This document shows, one piece after another, positions 8,721 through 16,894 of a DNA stretch of 64,000 nt; positions within the stretch are counted from its first letter, which is position 1, and each line of letters opens with the position of its first letter. The position numbers and the translations under genes were made by a program. Under the pieces are notes generated by a model. It had not been told where the DNA came from. It made no database searches and saw only the letters and a program-made list of their open reading frames with translations. Where the stretch lies: positions 248,001-312,000 of IMG/VR virus record IMGVR_UViG_3300035698_035310; one strand, given 5' to 3'.

Positions 8721-9167
8721 ATGATTACCGGAAGTCGCGCACGAATATTGGCAGAAACCACTTGGGGAACTGGTGGGACTCACTCTGCAAGAACCAATCG
8801 CAAAGGTGCATTCTATTATTCGTGTTCAGGACATGGTGGATACATCGTCGACGGTAATGCCCTAACCGTTGCGGAGCGTGATCACATAGACCGATTTAAA
8901 AAACCTGAATATGTATGGGCAATTATCAACGATGAAACCAGTGCGGTTCGTAAAACATCGAACCCGTTTTCAACTAAACGTTTCTTTGCCCATATGCGCG
9001 TAGGTGAAAGACTGGACAAAAACTATCCGATTTATTATTTTGAAGAAGATTGCGACTGGTCAATCCTTGAAAAGTTCACTGACATTCGCGCAGGTGGTAA
9101 GGATACCGACGCAGATACAATTCTCAATATATTCTATCGCTGGTGCCATGATCGCGAGGCGGCATAA
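8721..9167 (+). CDS. DUF7007-like protein
   Basis: SCSGHGG and FEEDCDW motifs. Confidence 0.55.
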   Translation: MITGSRARILAETTWGTGGTHSARTNRKGAFYYSCSGHGGYIVDGNALTVAERDHIDRFKKPEYVWAIINDETSAVRKTSNPFSTKRFFAHMRVGERLDKNYPIYYFEEDCDWSILEKFTDIRAGGKDTDADTILNIFYRWCHDREAA

Positions 9168-9221
9168 AGTGATCAAAGAGGTTACATTTATGTAACCTCT
9201 TTGACTAACTTAAAATAGTTC

Positions 9222-9276
9222 TTGCATTATCGATTGACTCGTGTATGATCATATCAGGGAGGGATCAGCGTTTTTT
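9222..9276 (+). ncRNA. promoter + AGGGAGGGATC unit, copy 4
   Basis: TTGCAT-N16-TATGAT, motif 9256-9267, T-run. Confidence 0.55.
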
Positions 9277-9417
9277 ATGGCGCAAGATTATTACAAAATT
9301 AAGTGAAACAAAGTAATAAAATAATGCATTATTCGGTTGACCATGTTACAGTTATTTGCTATATTTAAATTGTTCCAAGGCACTAACGCCTAACACAGAT
9401 TGAAAGGGAACCACAAA

Positions 9418-9894
9418 ATGTTAAACCGCAACCAAGTAAATGAGATTTTAGCCCCGCTTAACGGAAACACGTTTATCGGCTTAACCGCCACAACGATTCC
9501 AAAATTAACTGGCGGCAAGAAAAACGATATGCAGGGTGAAATCACCAAACGCACCGTTTCTGTTGTTCAGGTTTTCCAGAACAAATCCACGAACGGATAT
9601 GAAAACAAGCGCTTGAAAGCGAATCCAGACTTCAAATTGGGTGATCGCCCTTGGGGAACACGCGTTAAAGGAACACCGTTCATTGAACATAAAGGCGCGG
9701 ATTACATGGAAGTAATTTTCGTAAGCACCGATTCAGTTGATTATTTTCGCAATGGCGAACCAATCGAAAAAGATCAAATCGTTGGTTTGCCTGCCAGCCG
9801 CCCCGCTGGTGATACGGATAATGTAATTATTCGAACATATAAACTGGAAAGCATCGATTCACTTCGGGCGTTTGGGGCGGAATACACCGCCTAA
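9418..9894 (+). CDS. hypothetical phage protein
   Basis: GGKKN.MQG, R.WG.R..GTPFIEHKG..Y motifs; terminator 9910-9943. Confidence 0.75.
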   Translation: MLNRNQVNEILAPLNGNTFIGLTATTIPKLTGGKKNDMQGEITKRTVSVVQVFQNKSTNGYENKRLKANPDFKLGDRPWGTRVKGTPFIEHKGADYMEVIFVSTDSVDYFRNGEPIEKDQIVGLPASRPAGDTDNVIIRTYKLESIDSLRAFGAEYTA

Positions 9895-9953
9895 CCGATT
9901 CATACAAGGAAAAGAAAGTCAAGAGAAATCTTGACTTTCTTTTCGATTCATTT

Positions 9954-9968
9954 GTTCACGTTTTGTTC
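9954..9968. promoter_or_regulatory. alphaproteobacterial-type LexA box
   Basis: GTTC-acgtttt-GTTC (GTTC-N7-GTTC) at the -10 position of TTGACT 9931-9936. Confidence 0.45.
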
Positions 9969-9984
9969 TTATAAGATGATACCC

Positions 9985-10041
9985 AAAAAAAACTCATCCC
10001 TCCCTGATACAAAATTACCACGTTTACCCCATACGAGTCAA
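9985..10041 (-). ncRNA. promoter + AGGGAGGGATG unit, copy 5
   Basis: Motif 9994-10005, -35 at 10036-10041. Confidence 0.6.
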
Positions 10042-10057
10042 CACTTAATTTATTTTT

Positions 10058-10117
10058 ATTTAGGGGGTTGACTCATCTGATGCCTACCTTTATAACTACA
10101 AATAGAAACCAACCACA
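10058..10117 (+). repeat. 60-bp exact direct repeat (promoter cassette), second copy 10553-10612
   Basis: ATTTAGGGGGTTGACTCATCTGATGCCTACCTTTATAACTACAAATAGAAACCAACCACA occurs twice. Confidence 0.9.
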
Positions 10118-10132
10118 TAAGGAATTGCCCAC

Positions 10133-10435
10133 ATGAAAAACACTTACATAAACGCAGTATTCTTTAATGTATCTAACGAAAACGGTTTGGATACGTTTGC
10201 CGATAAGGTCCAGAAAGCATTGGATTGCGAATTGTTTTATTATGAAAATGGTAGGGAAATAGGCGTGGTTACGTGTGGCGGTTCCCCATCTGGCAAGGAT
10301 TACCAGTTTGGCATGGGTGGTGGCAACTTTGATTTGGATCATAACGTGGTGCTATATTCCGAACCCGCTACCGTGTTCGTTATGTTCGATGACGCTAGTG
10401 GTAGCAGGTGCGTTCAGCCAGTAAGCCACCGATAA
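10133..10435 (+). CDS. hypothetical protein
   Basis: Own promoter and SD. Confidence 0.7.
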   Translation: MKNTYINAVFFNVSNENGLDTFADKVQKALDCELFYYENGREIGVVTCGGSPSGKDYQFGMGGGNFDLDHNVVLYSEPATVFVMFDDASGSRCVQPVSHR

Positions 10436-10467
10436 GAAAAGAAATCGGCGCGGGGGCAAATTAGCCC

Positions 10468-10523
10468 TTGCGCCTTTTTTTGTTTCGTGGTATAAAATCC
10501 GTAGGGGGGGATGAGCCGATTTT
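10468..10523 (+). ncRNA. promoter + AGGGGGGGATG unit, copy 6 (variant)
   Basis: TTGCGC-N17-TATAAA, motif 10503-10514. Confidence 0.5.
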
Positions 10524-10630
10524 ATCATCAAAATTTATTTTAATAATAGTGCATTTAGGGGGTTGACTCATCTGATGCCTACCTTTATAACTACAAATAG
10601 AAACCAACCACAACCCCGAAGGAACTTATC

Positions 10631-11008
10631 ATGCAAAAAGTAATCGCCCACATCGAAGCAATCAACGCAGCAACCGGCAGCACTTGGGTTTTGAACGCGG
10701 ATCATTGGGCTGGCTACGAAATAACCACACCCGAAGCGTTTGATCGTTATGTGCTTACCACAAGCATTTGGGATGCATACAAATATGGCTTGGGCTTTAA
10801 GCCACACGGCATGATGATGGAAGCAATGAGCATGGAACAGTTGGAACGCGAACTGGAAAGCGTTCGCGCTTCAATCGATGCGAACGCCGAACACGAAGCC
10901 GAACGGGAACGGGTGAACAATTTCACTTGGCAAGAACATCTTGCTTGCGCCAACATGCCAGCAATGGCAAACGACTCCCCCTTCGCAGTGTTGCAGGGGG
11001 TGCGATAA
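10631..11008 (+). CDS. hypothetical phage protein
   Basis: HW..Y.ITT...F.RY....I.D.YK...G.KP motif. Confidence 0.7.
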   Translation: MQKVIAHIEAINAATGSTWVLNADHWAGYEITTPEAFDRYVLTTSIWDAYKYGLGFKPHGMMMEAMSMEQLERELESVRASIDANAEHEAERERVNNFTWQEHLACANMPAMANDSPFAVLQGVR

Positions 11009-11060
11009 CCAACCGAAAGGGGCGGGGGATTTTCCCCCGTTTTTTCGCGCCAGCAATTCC

Positions 11061-11117
11061 AAAAAAAAGACATCCCTCCCTATGGTGATATTAGCACTAT
11101 TGCCCAAACAGAGTCAA
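11061..11117 (-). ncRNA. promoter + AGGGAGGGATG unit, copy 7
   Basis: Motif 11070-11081, -35 at 11112-11117. Confidence 0.6.
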
Positions 11118-11271
11118 CACTTATTTTCGCCCCCAAATTTCAGGCATCACCCAATCTTACCACGTTTTCGAATTACAAGTCAACCCCCTATTTTAATTCA
11201 TTTAAGGGGTTGACTCTGTTTGGGTTGGGTAGTAATATCCCTTTATCAACTTAACAAAAGGAAACAAACAC

Positions 11272-11661
11272 ATGGATTCATTAAACGTTTTTGCGGATTC
11301 GAAAGTTGGCGATGGTGCAACGATCAATATGTATAGCGATTCAAAGGCTTGCACGATTGTGGCGATTAGTGATAAGCGTATCACGGTTCAATATGACGAT
11401 GTTAAATTGTTGAACGGTGCGAAATCTGGCGAACCCGATGCACTGGTTTTTGATGTAGGCGGATTTTCCGCACACTGTTCAGGTCGCCAGCGTTGGGAAA
11501 CAACACCAAACCCCGAAGGCGGCAAGGTGACTTATTCCCTGCGCAAGTGGAACGACTACAAAAATGAACCAGTTATGCGGTGGGCACCAGTTGGCAGCAA
11601 ACGCCACGAAGGTTCAGGCTTAACCGAAGGAAGGCATCACCACTACGATTTCAATTTCTAG
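11272..11661 (+). CDS. hypothetical phage protein
   Basis: VGDGAT...YSD..A.TI start and GR..HYDFNF end. Confidence 0.75.
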   Translation: MDSLNVFADSKVGDGATINMYSDSKACTIVAISDKRITVQYDDVKLLNGAKSGEPDALVFDVGGFSAHCSGRQRWETTPNPEGGKVTYSLRKWNDYKNEPVMRWAPVGSKRHEGSGLTEGRHHHYDFNF

Positions 11662-11724
11662 GCACAAGGAAAAAGGAGAGTCAAGAGAAATCTTGACTTT
11701 TCTTTTTTTATTTTTTCCGCCGCC

Positions 11725-11779
11725 AAAAAAAGGTCATCCCTCCCTACCACCATAATACACTATTCGAACAACGAGTCAA
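11725..11779 (-). ncRNA. promoter + AGGGAGGGATG unit, copy 8
   Basis: Motif 11734-11745, -35 at 11774-11779. Confidence 0.6.
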
Positions 11780-11785
11780 GACTAT

Positions 11786-11918
11786 AAACGGGGAACCACG
11801 AATGATTCCCCGTTTTCTTTTCTATAATGGCTTGGCTTGCCGTGTCGCCAGACGATTAGATCATGATGTCAAATCCTTCCGTTAATTTTTATCCGGTGTT
11901 TGAACTTACTCTCTACAC
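11786..11918 (-). ncRNA. candidate ~130-nt sRNA C
   Basis: TTGACA(11947-11942)-N16-TATTAT promoter, terminator 11786-11816, no ORF. Confidence 0.55.
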
Positions 11919-12020
11919 CATAATACATTAAACAAAATAGATGTCAACACTTATTTTAGGGGTTGACACTAACAATCGAAACCGCTATAACTGTATCAAC
12001 TTAACCAAAAGGAACACCCA

Positions 12021-12230
12021 ATGTCAAACCAAGCATTTGTAGTTTATAACGGCAAAATCACAGTCAAGACTGAGATTTACGACGGCGGTTTATATTTCGC
12101 CGACACCGTGAAAGAAGTGACACAACGCTTGCGCGATTGCGAGACGTTGGTTGTTAAATCTGGCAGTGAACGCGACCTTAAGAAAATCGTCACCGTCGCC
12201 GACCTTTTCACAAACAATCCCCAAGGATAA
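12021..12230 (+). CDS. hypothetical protein
   Basis: Own promoter and SD. Confidence 0.65.
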   Translation: MSNQAFVVYNGKITVKTEIYDGGLYFADTVKEVTQRLRDCETLVVKSGSERDLKKIVTVADLFTNNPQG

Positions 12231-12234
12231 GACA

Positions 12235-12729
12235 ATGTCAAATCCCAAACACATAAACGATTTTTGCAAAGAACTTCGCGCACTTATGGAAAAGCACGGA
12301 ATTGATTCATTAGGTGTCGAAATTGAGGGCGACACACACGGCATAAGTGAACAATTCGTTATCGATGATAATCAAAATAAAACACACGTGATCGACGGAT
12401 TTTCAAGTTATTTGGATAAATCAGATTTGCGTGATTATATCGAAGTAACCAGCGAATTATTGAAACGCGACGACGTTCAATTTGTTATCAACGATTTGCA
12501 AGATGATGGAGAAGAAAGTTCCGCTAAACTTTTTGAAGACTATATCATCAAAGCGGAAAACAACGGCTTAAACATCGACCAAGCATTCCAAGGCACTATC
12601 GCACTAAGGGAAGCAATGAATATTATGGGAAGTTATTTCGACGCCCTGAATACTAATAATCTTGTTTTTGTTAATCAAATCAATGCGATTGATTCAGCAA
12701 TGCTACATTATAAAGATAGTTTAAAATAA
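12235..12729 (+). CDS. hypothetical protein
   Basis: Start reassigned to the ATG after AAGGA. Confidence 0.7.
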   Translation: MSNPKHINDFCKELRALMEKHGIDSLGVEIEGDTHGISEQFVIDDNQNKTHVIDGFSSYLDKSDLRDYIEVTSELLKRDDVQFVINDLQDDGEESSAKLFEDYIIKAENNGLNIDQAFQGTIALREAMNIMGSYFDALNTNNLVFVNQINAIDSAMLHYKDSLK

Positions 12730-12790
12730 CCGTTGACACTGGTACATGAAACCGATATAACTGTATCAACTTAACCAAAAGGATCATATC

Positions 12791-13150
12791 ATGGAAACAA
12801 TATCGCGGTTTTATGCGCACGCTGGCAAAATTGCCATAACGATTGGCGCGGGTGATACTACATATATCACCACAGACCAAGCCGAAATGATCGGCGCTAA
12901 ATTATCTGAACTTGCCAGTCAAGTGAAAAACGGCAATCATTCGACTACGGTTGAAGTTCCCGCAACTGAAGAACAAATGAAACGGATGCGTGAGGATGCG
13001 CCCGAAATTTATAAAATCATTCGTTGTTATCGCAATGGCAATAGCCCCCGCACAATTGCACGTAGTGTAACGATTTTCGAAGCGCAAGAACATTGTAGCG
13101 ATCCATCAACCTCAAACACCAAATATTTTGATGGATATGAGTTGAAATAG
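12791..13150 (+). CDS. hypothetical phage protein
   Basis: C-terminal YKIIR.Y...EAQ.HC.DP.T...FDGY motif. Confidence 0.7.
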   Translation: METISRFYAHAGKIAITIGAGDTTYITTDQAEMIGAKLSELASQVKNGNHSTTVEVPATEEQMKRMREDAPEIYKIIRCYRNGNSPRTIARSVTIFEAQEHCSDPSTSNTKYFDGYELK

Positions 13151-13210
13151 GTCTTGACTCTGGTGTAGTTAGTTCGTATATTAACTACACCAGAACAAAG
13201 GAACAAACAA

Positions 13211-13351
13211 ATGTCAAACGCTGAAATGTATCTCGATTGGGTTAACAATTTTTTAACTGTTGCACGGTTCGCCGAATATTACAATATCTCCGAGACCGAA
13301 GCTCTTGCCGTGATCGAAAAAGGTCGCATCGACCACCACGCAAATCTGTAA
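13211..13351 (+). CDS. 46-aa small phage protein
   Basis: Below track cutoff; MYLDWVNNFLTVARFAEYY; own promoter and SD. Confidence 0.7.
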   Translation: MSNAEMYLDWVNNFLTVARFAEYYNISETEALAVIEKGRIDHHANL

Positions 13352-13369
13352 ACAACGAAAGACAAACCC

Positions 13370-13669
13370 ATGCAAGTCACAACCGAACAACTCGAAACTT
13401 TCCTAACTAAAGCGCAAGCACATGTAAACGCTGATTACAGCACTAACTTTGAAGGCGATGCGCCAACACTTTCGATTGACCCAATGACCGAACGATCTAA
13501 GTACGCCAAAATCGTGAAAGATACCGGTCAACGTTCATTGTGGGGTTTCGTTGAACTATCAACCGGCAATCTGTTGACAGGCAGTTGGAAAGCACCACGC
13601 AAATCAAAATCAACATGCGGTCATATTGACGAGCCATTCTTACCACGGACTCGCTGGATGAGTGTATAA
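13370..13669 (+). CDS. hypothetical phage protein
   Basis: Y.KIV....S.WGFV....G.L....WKAP motif. Confidence 0.7.
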   Translation: MQVTTEQLETFLTKAQAHVNADYSTNFEGDAPTLSIDPMTERSKYAKIVKDTGQRSLWGFVELSTGNLLTGSWKAPRKSKSTCGHIDEPFLPRTRWMSV

Positions 13670-13735
13670 TAAACCCTTGACTCTGATTCAGTTATTCTTT
13701 ATAACTGAATAATCAGAACAACGAAAGAAAATCCA

Positions 13736-13912
13736 ATGGTAGGCAAACTTAATTTTCGTGTATTCCAAGATGGCAAACAACACATTGTTTCCGCACGTAG
13801 CATCGTGGTTCGTTTTGAACAAGGTGCATTCATATCAGCTAACATAAGACAAGATAGTGCCGAATATCTTGAAGCATGTGAAGCAATGGTTAAACATGAT
13901 ATGGGCGAATGA
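13736..13912 (+). CDS. 58-aa hypothetical protein
   Basis: Below track cutoff; follows promoter at 13677. Confidence 0.55.
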   Translation: MVGKLNFRVFQDGKQHIVSARSIVVRFEQGAFISANIRQDSAEYLEACEAMVKHDMGE

Positions 13913-13913
13913 T

Positions 13914-14093
13914 ATGACTGAAATTGCACAAGGCACTGAAGTCAAATTAAAATTCATTAACGGCGAAAATCGTTATGGCGCACTTATGGATAATCGAAAA
14001 AAACATTTGATTTATCGCCCCGTTGATGGTATCAATACCATTGTTTTTCATAAAGACTTGAAAAGTGTTGCACCCGTATATATTCCATCTTAA
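13914..14093 (+). CDS. small hypothetical protein
   Basis: ORF following the previous stop. Confidence 0.55.
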   Translation: MTEIAQGTEVKLKFINGENRYGALMDNRKKHLIYRPVDGINTIVFHKDLKSVAPVYIPS

Positions 14094-14122
14094 TAAAAAC
14101 AACAGCCGGAGTCACTTAGGTG

Positions 14123-14176
14123 TTGACTCCGGCATTTTTCCTGCTAATATACTATCAGGGAGGGATGAGTAAAATT
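14123..14176 (+). ncRNA. promoter + AGGGAGGGATG unit, copy 9
   Basis: -35 embedded in terminator hairpin GCCGGAGTCA..TGACTCCGGC; motif 14157-14168. Confidence 0.55.
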
Positions 14177-14284
14177 CGCCCCGAAAAAAACTTTCATTTT
14201 ATTTCATTTAAGGGGTTGACTCTGATCGGGTTGGGTAGTAATATCACTACATCAAAACAAACCAACAACCCAAGGAACAAAACC

Positions 14285-14869
14285 ATGGCAACCGATAAAA
14301 ATGGCTTAACACTTTCAAACGCTTCTGATTCTGGTTATAAATTTGTAACTACTTTGTTTGAAGGACCGCTGGCTGGAAAGTTCGTCGCCTTCGCGGATGT
14401 TAAAACCGCCGAATTGCAACGCCTGAACAAATCTCACGCGCACGGAATAAACGGTTTCTTTGGATTCAAAAACGTTGTTCCGTTGGGCGTTTTCGATGAT
14501 GTGCGCGACGCCGCATACGTTGGACAAACATTCCACGCAGGGAACGCAGATGACCGCGACGACAACCTTGCCGAATTATACGCTGGCAATGAGTCAGTTA
14601 TCCCTAAATCATTGACCGATTGGGATAATCCCGCCGATGTTACTTCAATGAAAAAAGCCGCAACCCGCGCAAAAACCCGACGCATGGGTAAAACATTCGA
14701 TGCAAAAAAAGCCGAGACCGCAATCGATAAGTTTGCCAACAATTTCAAATCATACAAAATCGGTAACATGGATGTCCGCGTAATCTTGGAACGCATGAAA
14801 GAACTGTTTGATAACGGAACAAGCTTAACCCTTTCCGCCGAAACCGTTTGCTCCGATTACCAGCGATAA
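14285..14869 (+). CDS. hypothetical early protein
   Basis: Start reassigned to the ATG after AAGGA; LG.FDD.RDAAY motif loosely AP2-like. Confidence 0.7.
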   Translation: MATDKNGLTLSNASDSGYKFVTTLFEGPLAGKFVAFADVKTAELQRLNKSHAHGINGFFGFKNVVPLGVFDDVRDAAYVGQTFHAGNADDRDDNLAELYAGNESVIPKSLTDWDNPADVTSMKKAATRAKTRRMGKTFDAKKAETAIDKFANNFKSYKIGNMDVRVILERMKELFDNGTSLTLSAETVCSDYQR

Positions 14870-14930
14870 CCCTTGACTCTGGTGTAATTGATAAGTATAA
14901 TTGATTACACCAGAACAAAAGGAATTTAAC

Positions 14931-15203
14931 ATGGATAAACGCGATGTGATTGTAATTTGCGTTGGCAGTGCCGCCGATGATATACGCGCACTTAATCACG
15001 CAACAAACTCCGCAGTTCTAGTCGTTGAAGATAAACCCGCAATTCACGAAATGGCATTGATGGATGATATATTTTTAACCGATGAAGCAAAAGATATGTT
15101 TGTGCTTGAATTAATCGAAGACGCGTTGCCAAAGAATTTTCTAAGTGAACCAAAACCCCGAAAGGCTTGGAAAAACGAATTCGAAAATCTAGGTCGTAAA
15201 TAA
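14931..15203 (+). CDS. hypothetical protein
   Basis: Own promoter and SD. Confidence 0.65.
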   Translation: MDKRDVIVICVGSAADDIRALNHATNSAVLVVEDKPAIHEMALMDDIFLTDEAKDMFVLELIEDALPKNFLSEPKPRKAWKNEFENLGRK

Positions 15204-15227
15204 ATCAAAACCAGAGTCACTTAGGTG

Positions 15228-15282
15228 TTGACTCTGGATTTCTTTCTGCTATTATACTGTCAGGGAGGGATGACTTTATTTT
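15228..15282 (+). ncRNA. promoter + AGGGAGGGATG unit, copy 10
   Basis: -35 embedded in hairpin CCAGAGTCA..TGACTCTGG; motif 15262-15273. Confidence 0.6.
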
Positions 15283-15297
15283 ATTCCCGCACTTATA

Positions 15298-15398
15298 ATA
15301 AAAGCCAGACTCGCGTCTGACCTTTATCCTTTCTTTCTATCCGGTTTATGTCCGCCACGTCGGGTCGGAACTATGTATCGCCGAACGCGTCGGCTAGA
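15298..15398 (-). ncRNA. candidate ~100-nt sRNA D
   Basis: TTGACA(15431-15426)-N16-TATTAT promoter, GC-rich hairpins, terminator GGTCAGACgcgaGTCTGGCTTTT. Confidence 0.55.
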
Positions 15399-15512
15399 TT
15401 TATATAATACCACAACAACCAAACATGTCAACAAAAAAGATTCAATAATAACACTTGACTCCGTTTGGGTTGGGTGTATACTATCCATAGATTGAAACAA
15501 AGGATTAATCAA

Positions 15513-16433
15513 ATGGCAAAAGCAACCCGCACCAAAATCGATCATGAGCAACAAATCACTAACGCTATTGTCGCCCACGTTGAAGGGTATATCGCCGCCG
15601 AGGCTACAGGCGAAGAGATCGCACGTTGGGAAAGCCCCTTCGGAAAATTCTTCCGTGAAGGCCATTTTTGCGCCGCAACCGATAACCAGTATAAAGGCTG
15701 GACTAACAATTTTTTCCTTACACTTATGGCGCACGCAAGCGGATTCAATTCCGATGCATGGGGAACATTCAAGCAATGGAAAAGCATGGGAACGGATGAA
15801 ACACCCGTATCTGTTAAGCATGGTCAAAAAGGTTCCGCTTGGATTGCTTTTCCATATATCAACAAAGATAAAGTAACCGGCGACGACACCGTAACCGGAT
15901 TCGGATATCGCGCCGTATTCAATGCCGATCAAATCGAAGGATATACGCCCGAGGTTGTTGAACTACCAGAGTCGCAGGTTGTGCAACATGCCAAAGCTGA
16001 AACATTCTTGAAAAATCTGGACGTAACATTCCAGCATATCGGAAACCGCGCTTTCTATAGCCCTGCTAGTGATGCAATCAGCATGCCCCCAGAAGGCGCG
16101 TTTAAGGCGACTGAATACAGTACCGCAACCGAAGGCTACTATGGCACCAAGTTTCATGAATACGCCCACGCAACCCTGCACGCTAGCCGGTGCAATCGCG
16201 AACAAGGCGCGGATAAAGCTTCATACGCTTTCGAAGAGTTGGTCGCCGAATTGACCTCGACTATCCTATGTTCGCGCTTTGGTATATCCGCACAACCACG
16301 CGAAGACCACGCTAAGTATATACATTCATGGTTGAAAGCACTGAAAAGCGACAAGACCATGATTATGAAGGCAATGAAGAAAGCAAGCCAAGCAATCGCT
16401 TGGATGGATAAAAAGCAACCAACATCAAAATAA
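15513..16433 (+). CDS. ardC: ArdC-like antirestriction protein (ssDNA-binding domain + zincin-like metallopeptidase)
   Basis: Y.G.N, W.TFKQW....V..G.KG, VFN.DQ.EG, AFYSP..D.I.MP, HEYAH.T, YAFEELVAEL, YI.SWLK.L. Confidence 0.85.
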   Translation: MAKATRTKIDHEQQITNAIVAHVEGYIAAEATGEEIARWESPFGKFFREGHFCAATDNQYKGWTNNFFLTLMAHASGFNSDAWGTFKQWKSMGTDETPVSVKHGQKGSAWIAFPYINKDKVTGDDTVTGFGYRAVFNADQIEGYTPEVVELPESQVVQHAKAETFLKNLDVTFQHIGNRAFYSPASDAISMPPEGAFKATEYSTATEGYYGTKFHEYAHATLHASRCNREQGADKASYAFEELVAELTSTILCSRFGISAQPREDHAKYIHSWLKALKSDKTMIMKAMKKASQAIAWMDKKQPTSK

Positions 16434-16494
16434 AAGGTTGACAGTAAGGATATGATATCGTATTATATCCTTACTGAAACGAAAGGAACACACA

Positions 16495-16596
16495 ATGACA
16501 CACGGTAACGGCAAGATCAGGCGATTCGCAGGCAATCTAGGGGCGCTAATGCTGGCAGCGCTGGCAGGCTACGCGACGCTGGTGGTCCTAGCATAA
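16495..16596 (+). CDS. 33-aa hydrophobic peptide
   Basis: Own stem-loop promoter and AAGGA SD; last gene of the early block. Confidence 0.55.
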   Translation: MTHGNGKIRRFAGNLGALMLAALAGYATLVVLA

Positions 16597-16799
16597 CGCC
16601 AGAACCGAGTCAAGCACTTATTTCACGGTGTTGCACTTATGACACAGTCAAGTCTTTTATTATAAAATAAAAATAAAAAAAGACTTGACATTCGAAAAAA
16701 AGAGTGCTCGTGCAGTGTTTTGAAGTTTTTTATTTAATGGATACCTTACCCTTAGCTCGAAATACGCCAAAATTTTTCAGGCTAAATCGGAACTCTGGC

Positions 16800-16894
16800 T
16801 ATCGTGACACTTATCGTGACAAAATGTCGCGATACCATTATAATGGGTCATTTATTCATCCTATCGTGACATTTGACCCATTATAATGGGTCAA
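16800..16894. repeat. iteron/palindrome cluster
   Basis: TATCGTGACA x3 plus inverted TGTCGCGATA; perfect 22-bp palindrome TTGACCCATTATAATGGGTCAA plus a partial second copy. Confidence 0.8.

Noticed and set aside
2064-15282. AGGGAGGGATG repeats as a CRISPR array or REP elements
   Set aside because: The copies are dispersed, in both orientations, only 11-12 bp, non-palindromic, without regular spacers, and no cas genes are present.
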